Below, in pieces: positions 9,243 to 17,753 of a stretch of DNA of 24,377 bases. The translations under genes and the position numbers were made by a program. Below the pieces are notes generated by a model. The model worked only from the letters and a program-made list of their open reading frames with translations. It made no database searches and was not told the origin of the DNA. Positions within the stretch are counted from its first letter, which is position 1. Each line of letters starts with the position of its first letter. Origin of the DNA: a virus (taxonomy: Duplodnaviria > Caudoviricetes); IMG/VR virus record IMGVR_UViG_3300025016_000030, positions 1 through 24,377 of that record; one strand, 5' to 3'.

Positions 9243-9482
9243 ATGACAGATGAAGAACTAGAAGAATTTTCTACACCAGATGTAGAATCTGATATTCAAA
9301 AATTTAAATTAGAAGATAGATATGGCACTGGATTTCAAGTAGTTGTTAGATTTAGAAATCAAAAAGATTATTTTGAGTTTGCAGATCTCATTAAGCAACC
9401 AAAGTTGAAAGTTTATTCAAAAGTCAAAATGCGAGAGACAGATTGGCCCCTTAAAGAACCAGAAAATTCTCTCTTTGATTAG
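9243..9482 (+). CDS. Small glycosyltransferase-associated protein 2 (apparent paralog of protein 1)
   Basis: VVVRF..QKDY.EFADLIKQ...DWP aligns by eye with the previous ORF; SD GAGGA before ATG 9243. Confidence 0.65.
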   Translation: MTDEELEEFSTPDVESDIQKFKLEDRYGTGFQVVVRFRNQKDYFEFADLIKQPKLKVYSKVKMRETDWPLKEPENSLFD

Positions 9483-9484
9483 AT

Positions 9485-9512
9485 TTTACTTTTCTTTCTA
9501 ATGATTTATAAT
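9485..9512 (+). promoter_or_regulatory. T4 early-type promoter
   Basis: TTTACT-N16-TATAAT. Confidence 0.65.
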
Positions 9513-9529
9513 TAATTTTTGGGGTAAAA

Positions 9530-10477
9530 ATGAATAAACGCACATTGATTACTGGTGCTGCAGGATTTCTTGGTTCACATTTGGTTGAATCATTATTAAA
9601 TGACGGTCATTCGGTTATTGCTATGGATGATTTATCTACCGGTAGATTATCTAATTTAGAAAAATTTAAATTTAATAAAAATTTTGAGTTTGTAAGACAT
9701 GATGTAATTCAGCCTTATCATTATGATGTAGATCAATTGTGGAATCTTGCATGTCCTGCTTCTCCCCCAGCATATCAAAAAAATAGATATAAAACATTAA
9801 TGACTTCTATCAAGGGTGTAGAAAATGCATTAAACTGTGCTCGGAAAAACGGAAAGACGTGTAAAGTTTTTCAGGCTTCAACGTCCGAAGTATATGGTGA
9901 TCCGATCGTACATCCCCAAGTAGAATCTTACTGGGGTAATGTTAATACTATCGGACCAAGATCGTGTTATGATGAAGGCAAACGTGTAGCAGAAACTATG
10001 CTTACAGACTTTTCTCACGAATTTAATATACCTGTTAAAATTGTTCGTATCTTTAATACGTACGGACCGAACATGGATCCAAATGATGGTAGAGTAGTTT
10101 CTAATTTTATTATGCAAGCTCTCCTACACGAACCATTTACTGTGTACGGTACTGGTAAACAAACAAGATCATTTTGTTATGTATCTGATCTTATTTCTGG
10201 TTTTAGAAAACTTATGGATGAAACACCAGATTCATTCATTGAACCTATCAACATTGGAAATCCTAATGAATTTACTCTGATGGAATTAATTGATAAGGTT
10301 AAAGAACAAACTGGTTCTAAATCCGCTCTGATGTTTAAAGATCTTCCGGGTGATGATCCAAAACAACGATGCCCAGATATTACCAAAGCAAAAGAAATTC
10401 TTGGGTGGGAACCAAAAATTATGTTGGATGAAGGACTGGAAAAGACGATTACATACTTTAAATCGTTAACTAAATAG
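9530..10477 (+). CDS. uxs: UDP-glucuronate decarboxylase (UDP-xylose synthase), extended SDR
   Basis: TGAAGFLG, LACPASP, ASTSEVYGDP, YWGNVNTIGPRSCYDEGKR, RIFNTYGP, DGRVVSNF, QTRSFCYVSD, DDPKQRCPDI. Confidence 0.92.
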   Translation: MNKRTLITGAAGFLGSHLVESLLNDGHSVIAMDDLSTGRLSNLEKFKFNKNFEFVRHDVIQPYHYDVDQLWNLACPASPPAYQKNRYKTLMTSIKGVENALNCARKNGKTCKVFQASTSEVYGDPIVHPQVESYWGNVNTIGPRSCYDEGKRVAETMLTDFSHEFNIPVKIVRIFNTYGPNMDPNDGRVVSNFIMQALLHEPFTVYGTGKQTRSFCYVSDLISGFRKLMDETPDSFIEPINIGNPNEFTLMELIDKVKEQTGSKSALMFKDLPGDDPKQRCPDITKAKEILGWEPKIMLDEGLEKTITYFKSLTK

Positions 10478-10513
10478 ATGTGTAACTAAACTTTAAAAGG
10501 AAAAAAAATAATT

Positions 10514-11344
10514 ATGGGTAAATTGAATATTGGTATTGTTGGTCTCGGTTTTGTAGGGTCTGCGGTTGCACATGGATTCCAGAATAATAATTTATTTCTC
10601 GTAGATCCAAATCTGGGTACTGATACTTCATTGTTAAAGAAACAGAAGATGGATGCCGTGTTTATTTGCGTGCCGACACCTATGGGTGAAAATGGTGCTG
10701 TTGATATTTCCATTGTTATTAAAGTTCTTTCTGAACTCAAAGATGTAGATACTTTGTTAGTTTTGAAATCTACGGTACCACCAAATCTTGTTGATGAATT
10801 TTCTAAATTTTATGACAAGTTTGTATACAATCCAGAATTTCTTACTGAACGTAATGCACTGTGGGATTTTGAAAATCCAATCTCTAATGTTTATGGTGGT
10901 CAAATTGAACACACTAAGCAGCTCGAACAGATTTATAAAAATCACTCCATCTGTAAAGAGGCAAATACTTTCCACATGACAGCTCAGGAAGCATCATTTG
11001 TCAAATATGGTATGAATTCTTTTCTATCTGCTAAGGTGTTATTCTGGAATCAATTCTATGATCTGACTCAAATCGCCGGTGCAGATTTTAATATAATTAA
11101 ACGAGCAATCGCGAATGATGTTAGAATTGGTCCAAGTCATATGAATGTACCTGGTGAAGATGGTCACAGAGGATTTAGTGGCTCGTGTTTTCCCAAAGAT
11201 GTCCCTGCGTTTGTGAATTACTCATTCCAAATGGGTGAACCATTTACAGTACTTAAAGAAGTTTGGAACAAGAATTGTGATTATCGCTCGGCAAATCTTC
11301 TACCACGTGAACTTCAACAACACATTAAGTTTAACAAAATATGA
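10514..11344 (+). CDS. ugd: UDP-glucose 6-dehydrogenase family (short form)
   Basis: GLGFVG, FICVPTP, KSTVPP, NPEFL, KY..N, DVRIG, GFSGSCFPKD. Confidence 0.88.
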   Translation: MGKLNIGIVGLGFVGSAVAHGFQNNNLFLVDPNLGTDTSLLKKQKMDAVFICVPTPMGENGAVDISIVIKVLSELKDVDTLLVLKSTVPPNLVDEFSKFYDKFVYNPEFLTERNALWDFENPISNVYGGQIEHTKQLEQIYKNHSICKEANTFHMTAQEASFVKYGMNSFLSAKVLFWNQFYDLTQIAGADFNIIKRAIANDVRIGPSHMNVPGEDGHRGFSGSCFPKDVPAFVNYSFQMGEPFTVLKEVWNKNCDYRSANLLPRELQQHIKFNKI

Positions 11345-11517
11345 CTGAAATCGAACAACTCAGAAAAGAAGTGAATGAACTTAGAGAAAGATTAGTTCAA
11401 CTTGAATGTATGGTTAGACCAATTGGGCCCGGAGTTTCTACTCAGCCAGTTTTTATTCAGCAGCCGCCCAGTAACCCATATCAGCCACCTTATGTAGTTA
11501 CTTGCCAAGCTAAATAA
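11341..11517 (+). CDS. Small hypothetical protein (58 aa; coiled coil then Pro-rich tail)
   Basis: MTEIEQLRKEVNELRERLVQLE...PYQPPYVVTCQAK*; ATGA overlap with ugd. Confidence 0.6.
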   Translation: MTEIEQLRKEVNELRERLVQLECMVRPIGPGVSTQPVFIQQPPSNPYQPPYVVTCQAK

Positions 11518-11545
11518 TTTACACATATTGTTTTGTTGTTATAAT
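11518..11545 (+). promoter_or_regulatory. T4 early-type promoter
   Basis: TTTACA-N16-TATAAT with extended -10 TG. Confidence 0.7.
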
Positions 11546-11551
11546 TCAAAA

Positions 11552-12097
11552 ATGAATATTTTTGCACTATCTCCTGACCCGGTCATTGCCGCACAATTTA
11601 ACTGTGATAAGCACGTAGTGAAGATGATACTTGAGCTTTCACAAGTTCTTTCTACTGCACACAGAGTACTTGACGGCAAATTAGCCGATGGACTAAGCCC
11701 AAAAGGTCGTAAACAAAAACAATATGTGCATCCAAACGAGTTGCTCTACAAAGCAACTCACGTTAATCACCCTTCGGCTAAATACTGCAGAGATTCAAAA
11801 GAACAATATTATTGGGCTGCAGAGCATCTTAATGCACTTTGTTCTGAGTATACATACCGTTACGGTAATGTGCATAAGGCTCAGAGAGATGGATTGGTTG
11901 CTTGGTTATGTTCAAATGTACCCAAGAACATCGGCACTAAAACTACATTTGATCTTCCATATCCAGCAATGCCAGATGAATGTATTTCTTCTGATGTGGT
12001 AGAATCATACCGAAAATATTATATGACACACAAACGTCACTTGGCAAACTGGTCTGGTAAAGTTAATTCTAGACAGGCGCCATCATGGTACAAATAA
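11552..12097 (+). CDS. Pyrimidine dimer DNA glycosylase / endonuclease V-like protein
   Basis: MNIF...CDKHVVKMILE..Q.LSTAH, YKATHVNHPS, EYTYRYG..H, AMPD, YR.YY. Confidence 0.8.
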   Translation: MNIFALSPDPVIAAQFNCDKHVVKMILELSQVLSTAHRVLDGKLADGLSPKGRKQKQYVHPNELLYKATHVNHPSAKYCRDSKEQYYWAAEHLNALCSEYTYRYGNVHKAQRDGLVAWLCSNVPKNIGTKTTFDLPYPAMPDECISSDVVESYRKYYMTHKRHLANWSGKVNSRQAPSWYK

Positions 12098-12099
12098 AT

Positions 12100-12127
12100 T
12101 TTACTTCTTAATCTATTGTTATAAAAT
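12100..12127 (+). promoter_or_regulatory. T4 early-type promoter for gp45
   Basis: TTTACT-N16-TAAAAT. Confidence 0.65.
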
Positions 12128-12159
12128 AGATTAATCTTCAACTTAAAGGATATATTATA

Positions 12160-12819
12160 ATGAAATTATCTCGTGATACCTTGGATATTTTGCGTAACTT
12201 CTCCGCTATTAACCAAAACATTTTGATCAAAGCTGGCAATATTCTTACTACACGGACTGTAGCCAAGAATATTTTTGTGACCGCGACAGTCAAAGATGAA
12301 TTCCCCCAAGAATTTGGTGTATACAATGCTCCAGAATTGCTTGGGGTGATTTCTCTATTCACAGATCCAGAGTTTACTTTTAATGACAATTCTCTGACAA
12401 TTTCTCAGGGTAAGAATAAAGTTCAGTATGTCTTTGCCTCGCCTGAGGTTCTGGATTATCCAGACAAGGCTATTAAAATGCCAAAGACCGATGCTTCTTT
12501 TGAATTGCCCGAAGAAGATCTTAAATCTCTGTTAAAGGCCGGTTCAGTTCTTTCCGCTACCGATTTGCTTATTCAAGGTGATGGTTCAACGATTACTTGT
12601 ACTGTTTTGGACCCCAAGAATCCTTCTTCTAATACATTTGCGATTGAAGTCGGTGATACAGATCAAACCTTTTCATCTTACATCAAGTTGGAAAATTTGA
12701 AAATGCCTCCATCAATCTACACTGTGAATCTTAGTTCCAAGAAAATTGCACAGTTTGTTTCTAAAACGATTAGCTATGAATTCTTTGCTGCTTGCGAAAA
12801 GAATTCTACCTGGGCGTAA
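12160..12819 (+). CDS. 45: Sliding clamp gp45
   Basis: MKLSRDTLDILRNFSAINQNI, F.VY...LL, KLENLK; position upstream of gp44. Confidence 0.95.
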   Translation: MKLSRDTLDILRNFSAINQNILIKAGNILTTRTVAKNIFVTATVKDEFPQEFGVYNAPELLGVISLFTDPEFTFNDNSLTISQGKNKVQYVFASPEVLDYPDKAIKMPKTDASFELPEEDLKSLLKAGSVLSATDLLIQGDGSTITCTVLDPKNPSSNTFAIEVGDTDQTFSSYIKLENLKMPPSIYTVNLSSKKIAQFVSKTISYEFFAACEKNSTWA

Positions 12820-12918
12820 TTATACTCATAGATGATTACATAATAGGTACAAAAGTACCTATCTATGTGTACAAATTATACCTAGGTATAGGATCCAATA
12901 CATATTTGAAAGTTTATT

Positions 12919-13536
12919 ATGAGTTTTGAAGATCTAGTTTGGGAACAAAAATTCCGGCCGAAGACCATTGATGATACGGTACTTCCCAGTAATGTTAAAA
13001 AGATGTTGAAGGAACAATTAGAATCTGGTAAGCTTCCAAATTATTTGTTCTGTGGACCTCCAGGTACAGGTAAAACTACATGTGCCTATGCTATTTCAAG
13101 TTTTCTAGATGCAGATGTTCTTTTTATTAATGCTAGTTTAGAATCTGGAATCGATACACTGAGAACTAAAATTACTCAGTTCGTTTCTACGGTTTCTTTT
13201 ACAGATTCCAAGAAAATCGTTGTACTTGATGAGGCAGATTATTTAAATTGCTTTTCTGCTTTTCAAGAAATAATGTTAATTGATCAAACCGGAGAAACTA
13301 TTTCTAAACCGATTGGAGAGCTTTGCGGCAAAGAAATAGATTTACTTTCGGTTGAAAATGGAAAAAATACAATTGATTCTGGAATTGTATTTCAGTCAGG
13401 GGAAGCAGAAATTTTTAAAGTAGAATTTGAAGATGGAAGTTCTATGTATTGTACAAAAGATCATAAGTTTTTTGATGAAAAAATGAATGAAGTTTGTATT
13501 GACGAGGGTGTTTATTTAAAAGCCGTACATTTCTAA
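12919..13536 (+). CDS. 44: Clamp loader large subunit gp44, N-extein (110 aa) fused to split intein IntN (13249-13533)
   Basis: WEQKFRP, GPPGTGKTT, INAS, DEADYLN, then CFSAFQEI (intein block A) and CTKDHKF (block B). Confidence 0.93.
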   Translation: MSFEDLVWEQKFRPKTIDDTVLPSNVKKMLKEQLESGKLPNYLFCGPPGTGKTTCAYAISSFLDADVLFINASLESGIDTLRTKITQFVSTVSFTDSKKIVVLDEADYLNCFSAFQEIMLIDQTGETISKPIGELCGKEIDLLSVENGKNTIDSGIVFQSGEAEIFKVEFEDGSSMYCTKDHKFFDEKMNEVCIDEGVYLKAVHF

Positions 13537-13577
13537 TTTTATTAAATATATTTAGATAAACTCATTCATCTAAATAT

Positions 13578-14651
13578 ATGCAAAGTCAAACTATTCCGTT
13601 TACGTATTCAATAAAACAAAAATCTACAGGGAAATGGTATTATGGTGTAAAATATGCAGACAATCAGACGCCAGAATGTCTTGGTATCACATATTTTTCA
13701 TCATCCAAAACCGTCAAAGATTTGATAAAGATTTATGGCATAGATGATTTTGAATTTAAAGTAAGAAAAATTTTTTCCGATAAATTATTAGCCATTCAGC
13801 ATGAATCTAAGTTTCTAAAGAGAGTTTGTAGGTATAAGAAATTAAGATTAAAATTTTTGAATAAAACATATGGGGCTCCAGCTTTTTGGCCTATTATGTA
13901 TGGTGATCTAAATCCATCTAAAAGACCAGAGATCAAACATAGACTATCTATTGGTGCCAAAAATAGAACCAAAGAAACATTGTTCAAAATAGGAAAAAAT
14001 GGTTCTGCTACTAAATTAAAAAAAAATATTTTGTTTTTATTGAGTAAAATTAAACCTCATAGAAAATCTTTATCAATTCAAACAATAATAGATAATAAAA
14101 TAACAAATTTAGCTATGGTTTCGAGACACATAGATTTTCTTAAAAACCATAAAAAATGCTATAACAATATAATAAATTTATACAAAAAAATTTTTGAATT
14201 AATAATATCGATTCCAAACAAACCGTATCCAAAAAATAGAAAACCAAAAGTAATGTCTCCTGAAGCTTCCAAACTAAAAGGTGAAAAAATAAGAGAAACA
14301 AAGTTAGGAAAAGTCTATGCGAAAAATATTTTTACAAATGAAACTAAAATGGTTAAAATAGAAGAAATTGGGGATATTTGGAAAAAGGAAAAAATGCACA
14401 CAGAAGAAGCCTTAATTAAAATTTCAAATACAGCAAAAAATTGTTCGGATGAAACAAGAGAAAAAATATCAGAATCCGTTAAAAGATCTAGATCTAATTC
14501 AAAATATTATACCTCCCCTGACAAATCTTACTATAAATCGTTCAAAGATAATGAAATTGTTCCAGATGGGTGGTTACCGGGAATTAAAGTTGAATCTCGA
14601 AACAATAAAATAGGTGAGAATAATAGATGGTCAAAGAAAGACAAAAAATGA
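13578..14651 (+). mobile_element. Free-standing GIY-YIG (Seg-like) homing endonuclease with NUMOD3-like repeats, between the split-intein halves
   Basis: FTYSI..K.TGKWYYG...YFSSS...G...F...E catalytic domain; MYGDLNPSKRPE, HTEEALIKIS, SDETREKIS; very Lys- and AT-rich. Confidence 0.85.
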
Positions 14652-15364
14652 AAAAAATAGTTAAAATTACTAGTTGTGGTATACAACCTGTGTATGATGT
14701 TACCACTAACAGAACACAGAAATTTGTTCTTTCAAACGGAATTATTGCACATAATTGTAATTCTGTGCAACCCGCGCTTCGTGGATTTTTAGATGAATTT
14801 AGTTCAAATGCTATTTTTATTTTTACATGTAATTTCCCAGAACGTATTATTTCTCCGCTACAGTCACGTCTGACTCGGATTGACTTTAAATTCTCCAAGG
14901 AAGAAAAACAATCTGCTATGTCGCAGATGTTTAAATCTACATGCAAAATTCTTGACACCGAAACTGTTAAGTATGATAAAAAGACTGTGGCCGCGCTGGT
15001 ACAGAAAAACTTTCCAGACTTTCGTAAAACAATTGTAGAACTTCAACGATATTCTTCATCGGGTGAAATTGATTCTGGTATTTTAGCTACGATTGATGAT
15101 ACTGGTATTAATGATCTTGCAACTCATCTGAAGGAAAAATCCTTTACTAAGGTGCGTCAATGGATTGCAAATAACCAGATGGATGCATCTCAGTTCTATC
15201 GGTTATTTTATGATAAGATTTCAACAATGCTTATCCCACAATCTGTACCGCAGTTAATTCTTCTGATTGGTGAAGCACAATTCAAAGCTGCATTCTCAAT
15301 TGATCTTGAGATAAATGCCGCGGCATTTTGTGTGCAAGTGATGCGTGATTGTCAGTTTCAATGA
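14648..15364 (+). CDS. 44: Split intein IntC (36 aa) fused to gp44 C-extein
   Basis: MKKIVKITSCGIQPVYDVT...FVLSNGIIAHN|CNSVQPALRGF...FIFTCN...PLQSR...FPDFR; ATG 14648 overlaps the HEG stop. Confidence 0.93.
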   Translation: MKKIVKITSCGIQPVYDVTTNRTQKFVLSNGIIAHNCNSVQPALRGFLDEFSSNAIFIFTCNFPERIISPLQSRLTRIDFKFSKEEKQSAMSQMFKSTCKILDTETVKYDKKTVAALVQKNFPDFRKTIVELQRYSSSGEIDSGILATIDDTGINDLATHLKEKSFTKVRQWIANNQMDASQFYRLFYDKISTMLIPQSVPQLILLIGEAQFKAAFSIDLEINAAAFCVQVMRDCQFQ

Positions 15365-16146
15365 ATTATGAATTACACCAAGGTGATTGTCTTGAAGTAA
15401 TGAAGATGATTCCTGGTTCTTCTGTTGATATGATTCTGTGCGATCTTCCATATGGGACAACTGCATGTGCCTGGGATACAGTAATTCCGTTCGACCAATT
15501 ATGGGAACAATATTCCAGAATAGCAAAAGATACAGCACCAATAGTATTAATGGCGGCACAACCTTTTACTACAGCTTTAATTTCCTCTAATATGTCTCTG
15601 TATAGATATTGTTGGATTTGGTTAAAAGAAAGAGGCACTGGATTTCCTATTAGTAAATTACAACCTCTTCGAATGACGGAAGATGTAGTAGTTTTTTATA
15701 AAAAACAACCAAAGTATAAGTATCAAGGAGAAAAACTCAGCAAACCATATAGTCATGTTTTGCCGATAACAAAGAGCGATTCGTCAAGAGTATCTGGTAC
15801 TGGGTATGATGAAGACGGTAATAGGATTAGAGCATATTATACTCATAGTACAAAAAATAATCTAATTAGTATTCCAAGAGATAATAATAAAAATAACAAT
15901 CACCCTACACAAAAGCCAGTAAGATTGATGGAATTTTTAATAGAAACTTATACGGATGAATTAGATACAATTTTAGATAATTGTATGGGTTCTGGAACAA
16001 CTGGTGTGGCATGTGCAAATCTCAATAGAAATTTTATAGGTATTGAAATGAATCAAAAATACTTTGATATAGCGAAAACTCGGATTACAGACGCACGCGA
16101 AACTGTTGAAAACATTGCAGAATTTGAATCTAATCTTTTTGAATAA
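15361..16146 (+). CDS. N6-adenine/N4-cytosine DNA methyltransferase (beta class)
   Basis: GDCLE, DLPYG (motif IV), HPTQKP, LDNCMGSGTTG (motif I). Confidence 0.92.
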   Translation: MNYELHQGDCLEVMKMIPGSSVDMILCDLPYGTTACAWDTVIPFDQLWEQYSRIAKDTAPIVLMAAQPFTTALISSNMSLYRYCWIWLKERGTGFPISKLQPLRMTEDVVVFYKKQPKYKYQGEKLSKPYSHVLPITKSDSSRVSGTGYDEDGNRIRAYYTHSTKNNLISIPRDNNKNNNHPTQKPVRLMEFLIETYTDELDTILDNCMGSGTTGVACANLNRNFIGIEMNQKYFDIAKTRITDARETVENIAEFESNLFE

Positions 16147-16148
16147 TT

Positions 16149-16559
16149 ATGTCGCCATTTGATATCGCCAAAAGTATTCTACAGACAAAAGAGAATTTGT
16201 TCACTACGGATGAATTCTTCAATAAAGAATACACACCATTTATGGTGAATCGCATTTTTTCTAATTCAGAGCGAACTGTTTTGTTTGCCGAATGTATGGA
16301 TAAATATTTTGGGCTTGATAAAAAAATCCAATATGATTTTTATCTAAAAGGTGTCCCTCGGAATAGATCATTCCAAAAAATGTGGTCAAAGAAAGAATCT
16401 TCCTCCTTAAATACTGATCATGTAGAGTATATTTGTTCAAGATTGAACGTTTCTACTAAGCGTGGTACAGAAATTTATAAATTACTTGGCTCGGAAGTTA
16501 TTGAAGCCGAACTGAGAAAACATGGTGGAAAAAATAATAATGAAAGAACAAAAACCTAG
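16149..16559 (+). CDS. 62: Clamp loader small subunit gp62
   Basis: SPFD, EYTPFMVNR, QYDFY; position before regA. Confidence 0.88.
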   Translation: MSPFDIAKSILQTKENLFTTDEFFNKEYTPFMVNRIFSNSERTVLFAECMDKYFGLDKKIQYDFYLKGVPRNRSFQKMWSKKESSSLNTDHVEYICSRLNVSTKRGTEIYKLLGSEVIEAELRKHGGKNNNERTKT

Positions 16560-16953
16560 TATCGGAGTAGAAATTTTACTTGATAAACCAGATTCCTTTC
16601 TATTGATTAAAGAAACTCTAACTAGAATAGGTATACCTTCTAAAAAGAATAAAACTTTATTTCAGACATGTCATATTCTACATAAACAGGGTCACTATTC
16701 GATAGTACATTTTAAAGAATTATTTTTGCTTGATGGAAAAGAGGCAGATATATCGGAAGATGATTATAGACGTAGAAATACAATTACAAAATTTTTAGAT
16801 CAATGGAAGTTGTGTTCTATATTAAATAGATCTGATATTGAGTTTTTGACGGAAGCATCCGAAATTAAGATTATTCCGTTTAAAGAGAAAAAAGAATGGT
16901 CACTTATTGCAAAATATACACTAGGTAACCGACCAAAGAATTTACAGCAATAA
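16540..16953 (+). CDS. regA: Translational repressor RegA
   Basis: FLLIKETLTRIGI, LFQTCHILHKQG.Y.IVHFKELF.LDG, RRNTI, KEK.EW.L..KY. Confidence 0.96.
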   Translation: MKEQKPSIGVEILLDKPDSFLLIKETLTRIGIPSKKNKTLFQTCHILHKQGHYSIVHFKELFLLDGKEADISEDDYRRRNTITKFLDQWKLCSILNRSDIEFLTEASEIKIIPFKEKKEWSLIAKYTLGNRPKNLQQ

Positions 16954-16964
16954 TGCTGTGAATC

Positions 16965-17020
16965 CATAGATGCCTTAGGGGTCTGTGGTAATAAAACTAA
17001 ACTTGCTTAAGGAGTTTAAA
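16965..17020 (+). promoter_or_regulatory. Structured hsp20 5' UTR, ROSE-like RNA thermometer candidate
   Basis: Hairpin ccataga...tctgtgg followed by aaacTTGCTtaAGGAgttt, which pairs over the SD. Confidence 0.45.
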
Positions 17021-17467
17021 ATGGCTTATATTAATCCCGACGTTCTCAACAATCTTTATAAAGATTTTATTGGTGCTAGCAGACTTGCTGACCAACTGAA
17101 TTATTTTTATGAAGGTAAGAGTTCAGCATCCGGCTCACAAACATTCCCTCCGTATAATATCATTGAGGTGGAGCCTGATCAATTTATGATTCAGCTTGCT
17201 GTTGCTGGGTATGATAAATCTGACATCACAATTGAGGTGAAAGATAATCAACTTATTGTGTCAGGTAAGAAAGATGATAAACGAGATGCGCGCGCCAACA
17301 AAAAATGGATTTGGAATGGCATTGCCTCTCGTAATTTTGAACGCAAATTCATGCTTTCAGAGAACATTGTGATCGGTTCTGCTGATTATACTAATGGAAT
17401 TTTGTCTATTAGTATGGAACGAATTGTTCCAGAAGAACGGAAACCAAAGATGATTGCTATTAGGTAA
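17021..17467 (+). CDS. Small heat shock protein Hsp20 (IbpA-like)
   Basis: FPPYNI, LAVAGY, GIASRNFERKF, NGILSI, PEERKPKMI; SD AAGGAG before ATG 17021. Confidence 0.95.
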   Translation: MAYINPDVLNNLYKDFIGASRLADQLNYFYEGKSSASGSQTFPPYNIIEVEPDQFMIQLAVAGYDKSDITIEVKDNQLIVSGKKDDKRDARANKKWIWNGIASRNFERKFMLSENIVIGSADYTNGILSISMERIVPEERKPKMIAIR

Positions 17468-17504
17468 TCTCATTAAATATTGGGTAACTTAATGTGTGCC
17501 CAAT

Positions 17505-17735
17505 ATGGAAAAGAAACCTAAAAATAATCAAGATAAAATCCAAGAACTTATTAAATCTAAGAAATTTCTTATAAACAATAGGTTCTTGGTTAAATTATCT
17601 ATGGTGGATACTGGTGTCACAGAGAAAACATTTCTTGTTGTGATACAGGATCTTCTTGAACAAAATTTTAAAATGGTTTTTCATACAGATGAAGAAGAAG
17701 TGAACAAATTAATAAAGATGTTATATCTTTTGTAA
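17505..17735 (+). CDS. Hypothetical protein
   Basis: Open frame; ATG 17505 preferred. Confidence 0.6.
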   Translation: MEKKPKNNQDKIQELIKSKKFLINNRFLVKLSMVDTGVTEKTFLVVIQDLLEQNFKMVFHTDEEEVNKLIKMLYLL

Positions 17736-17753
17736 CCAAAGAAAGTAAATATT

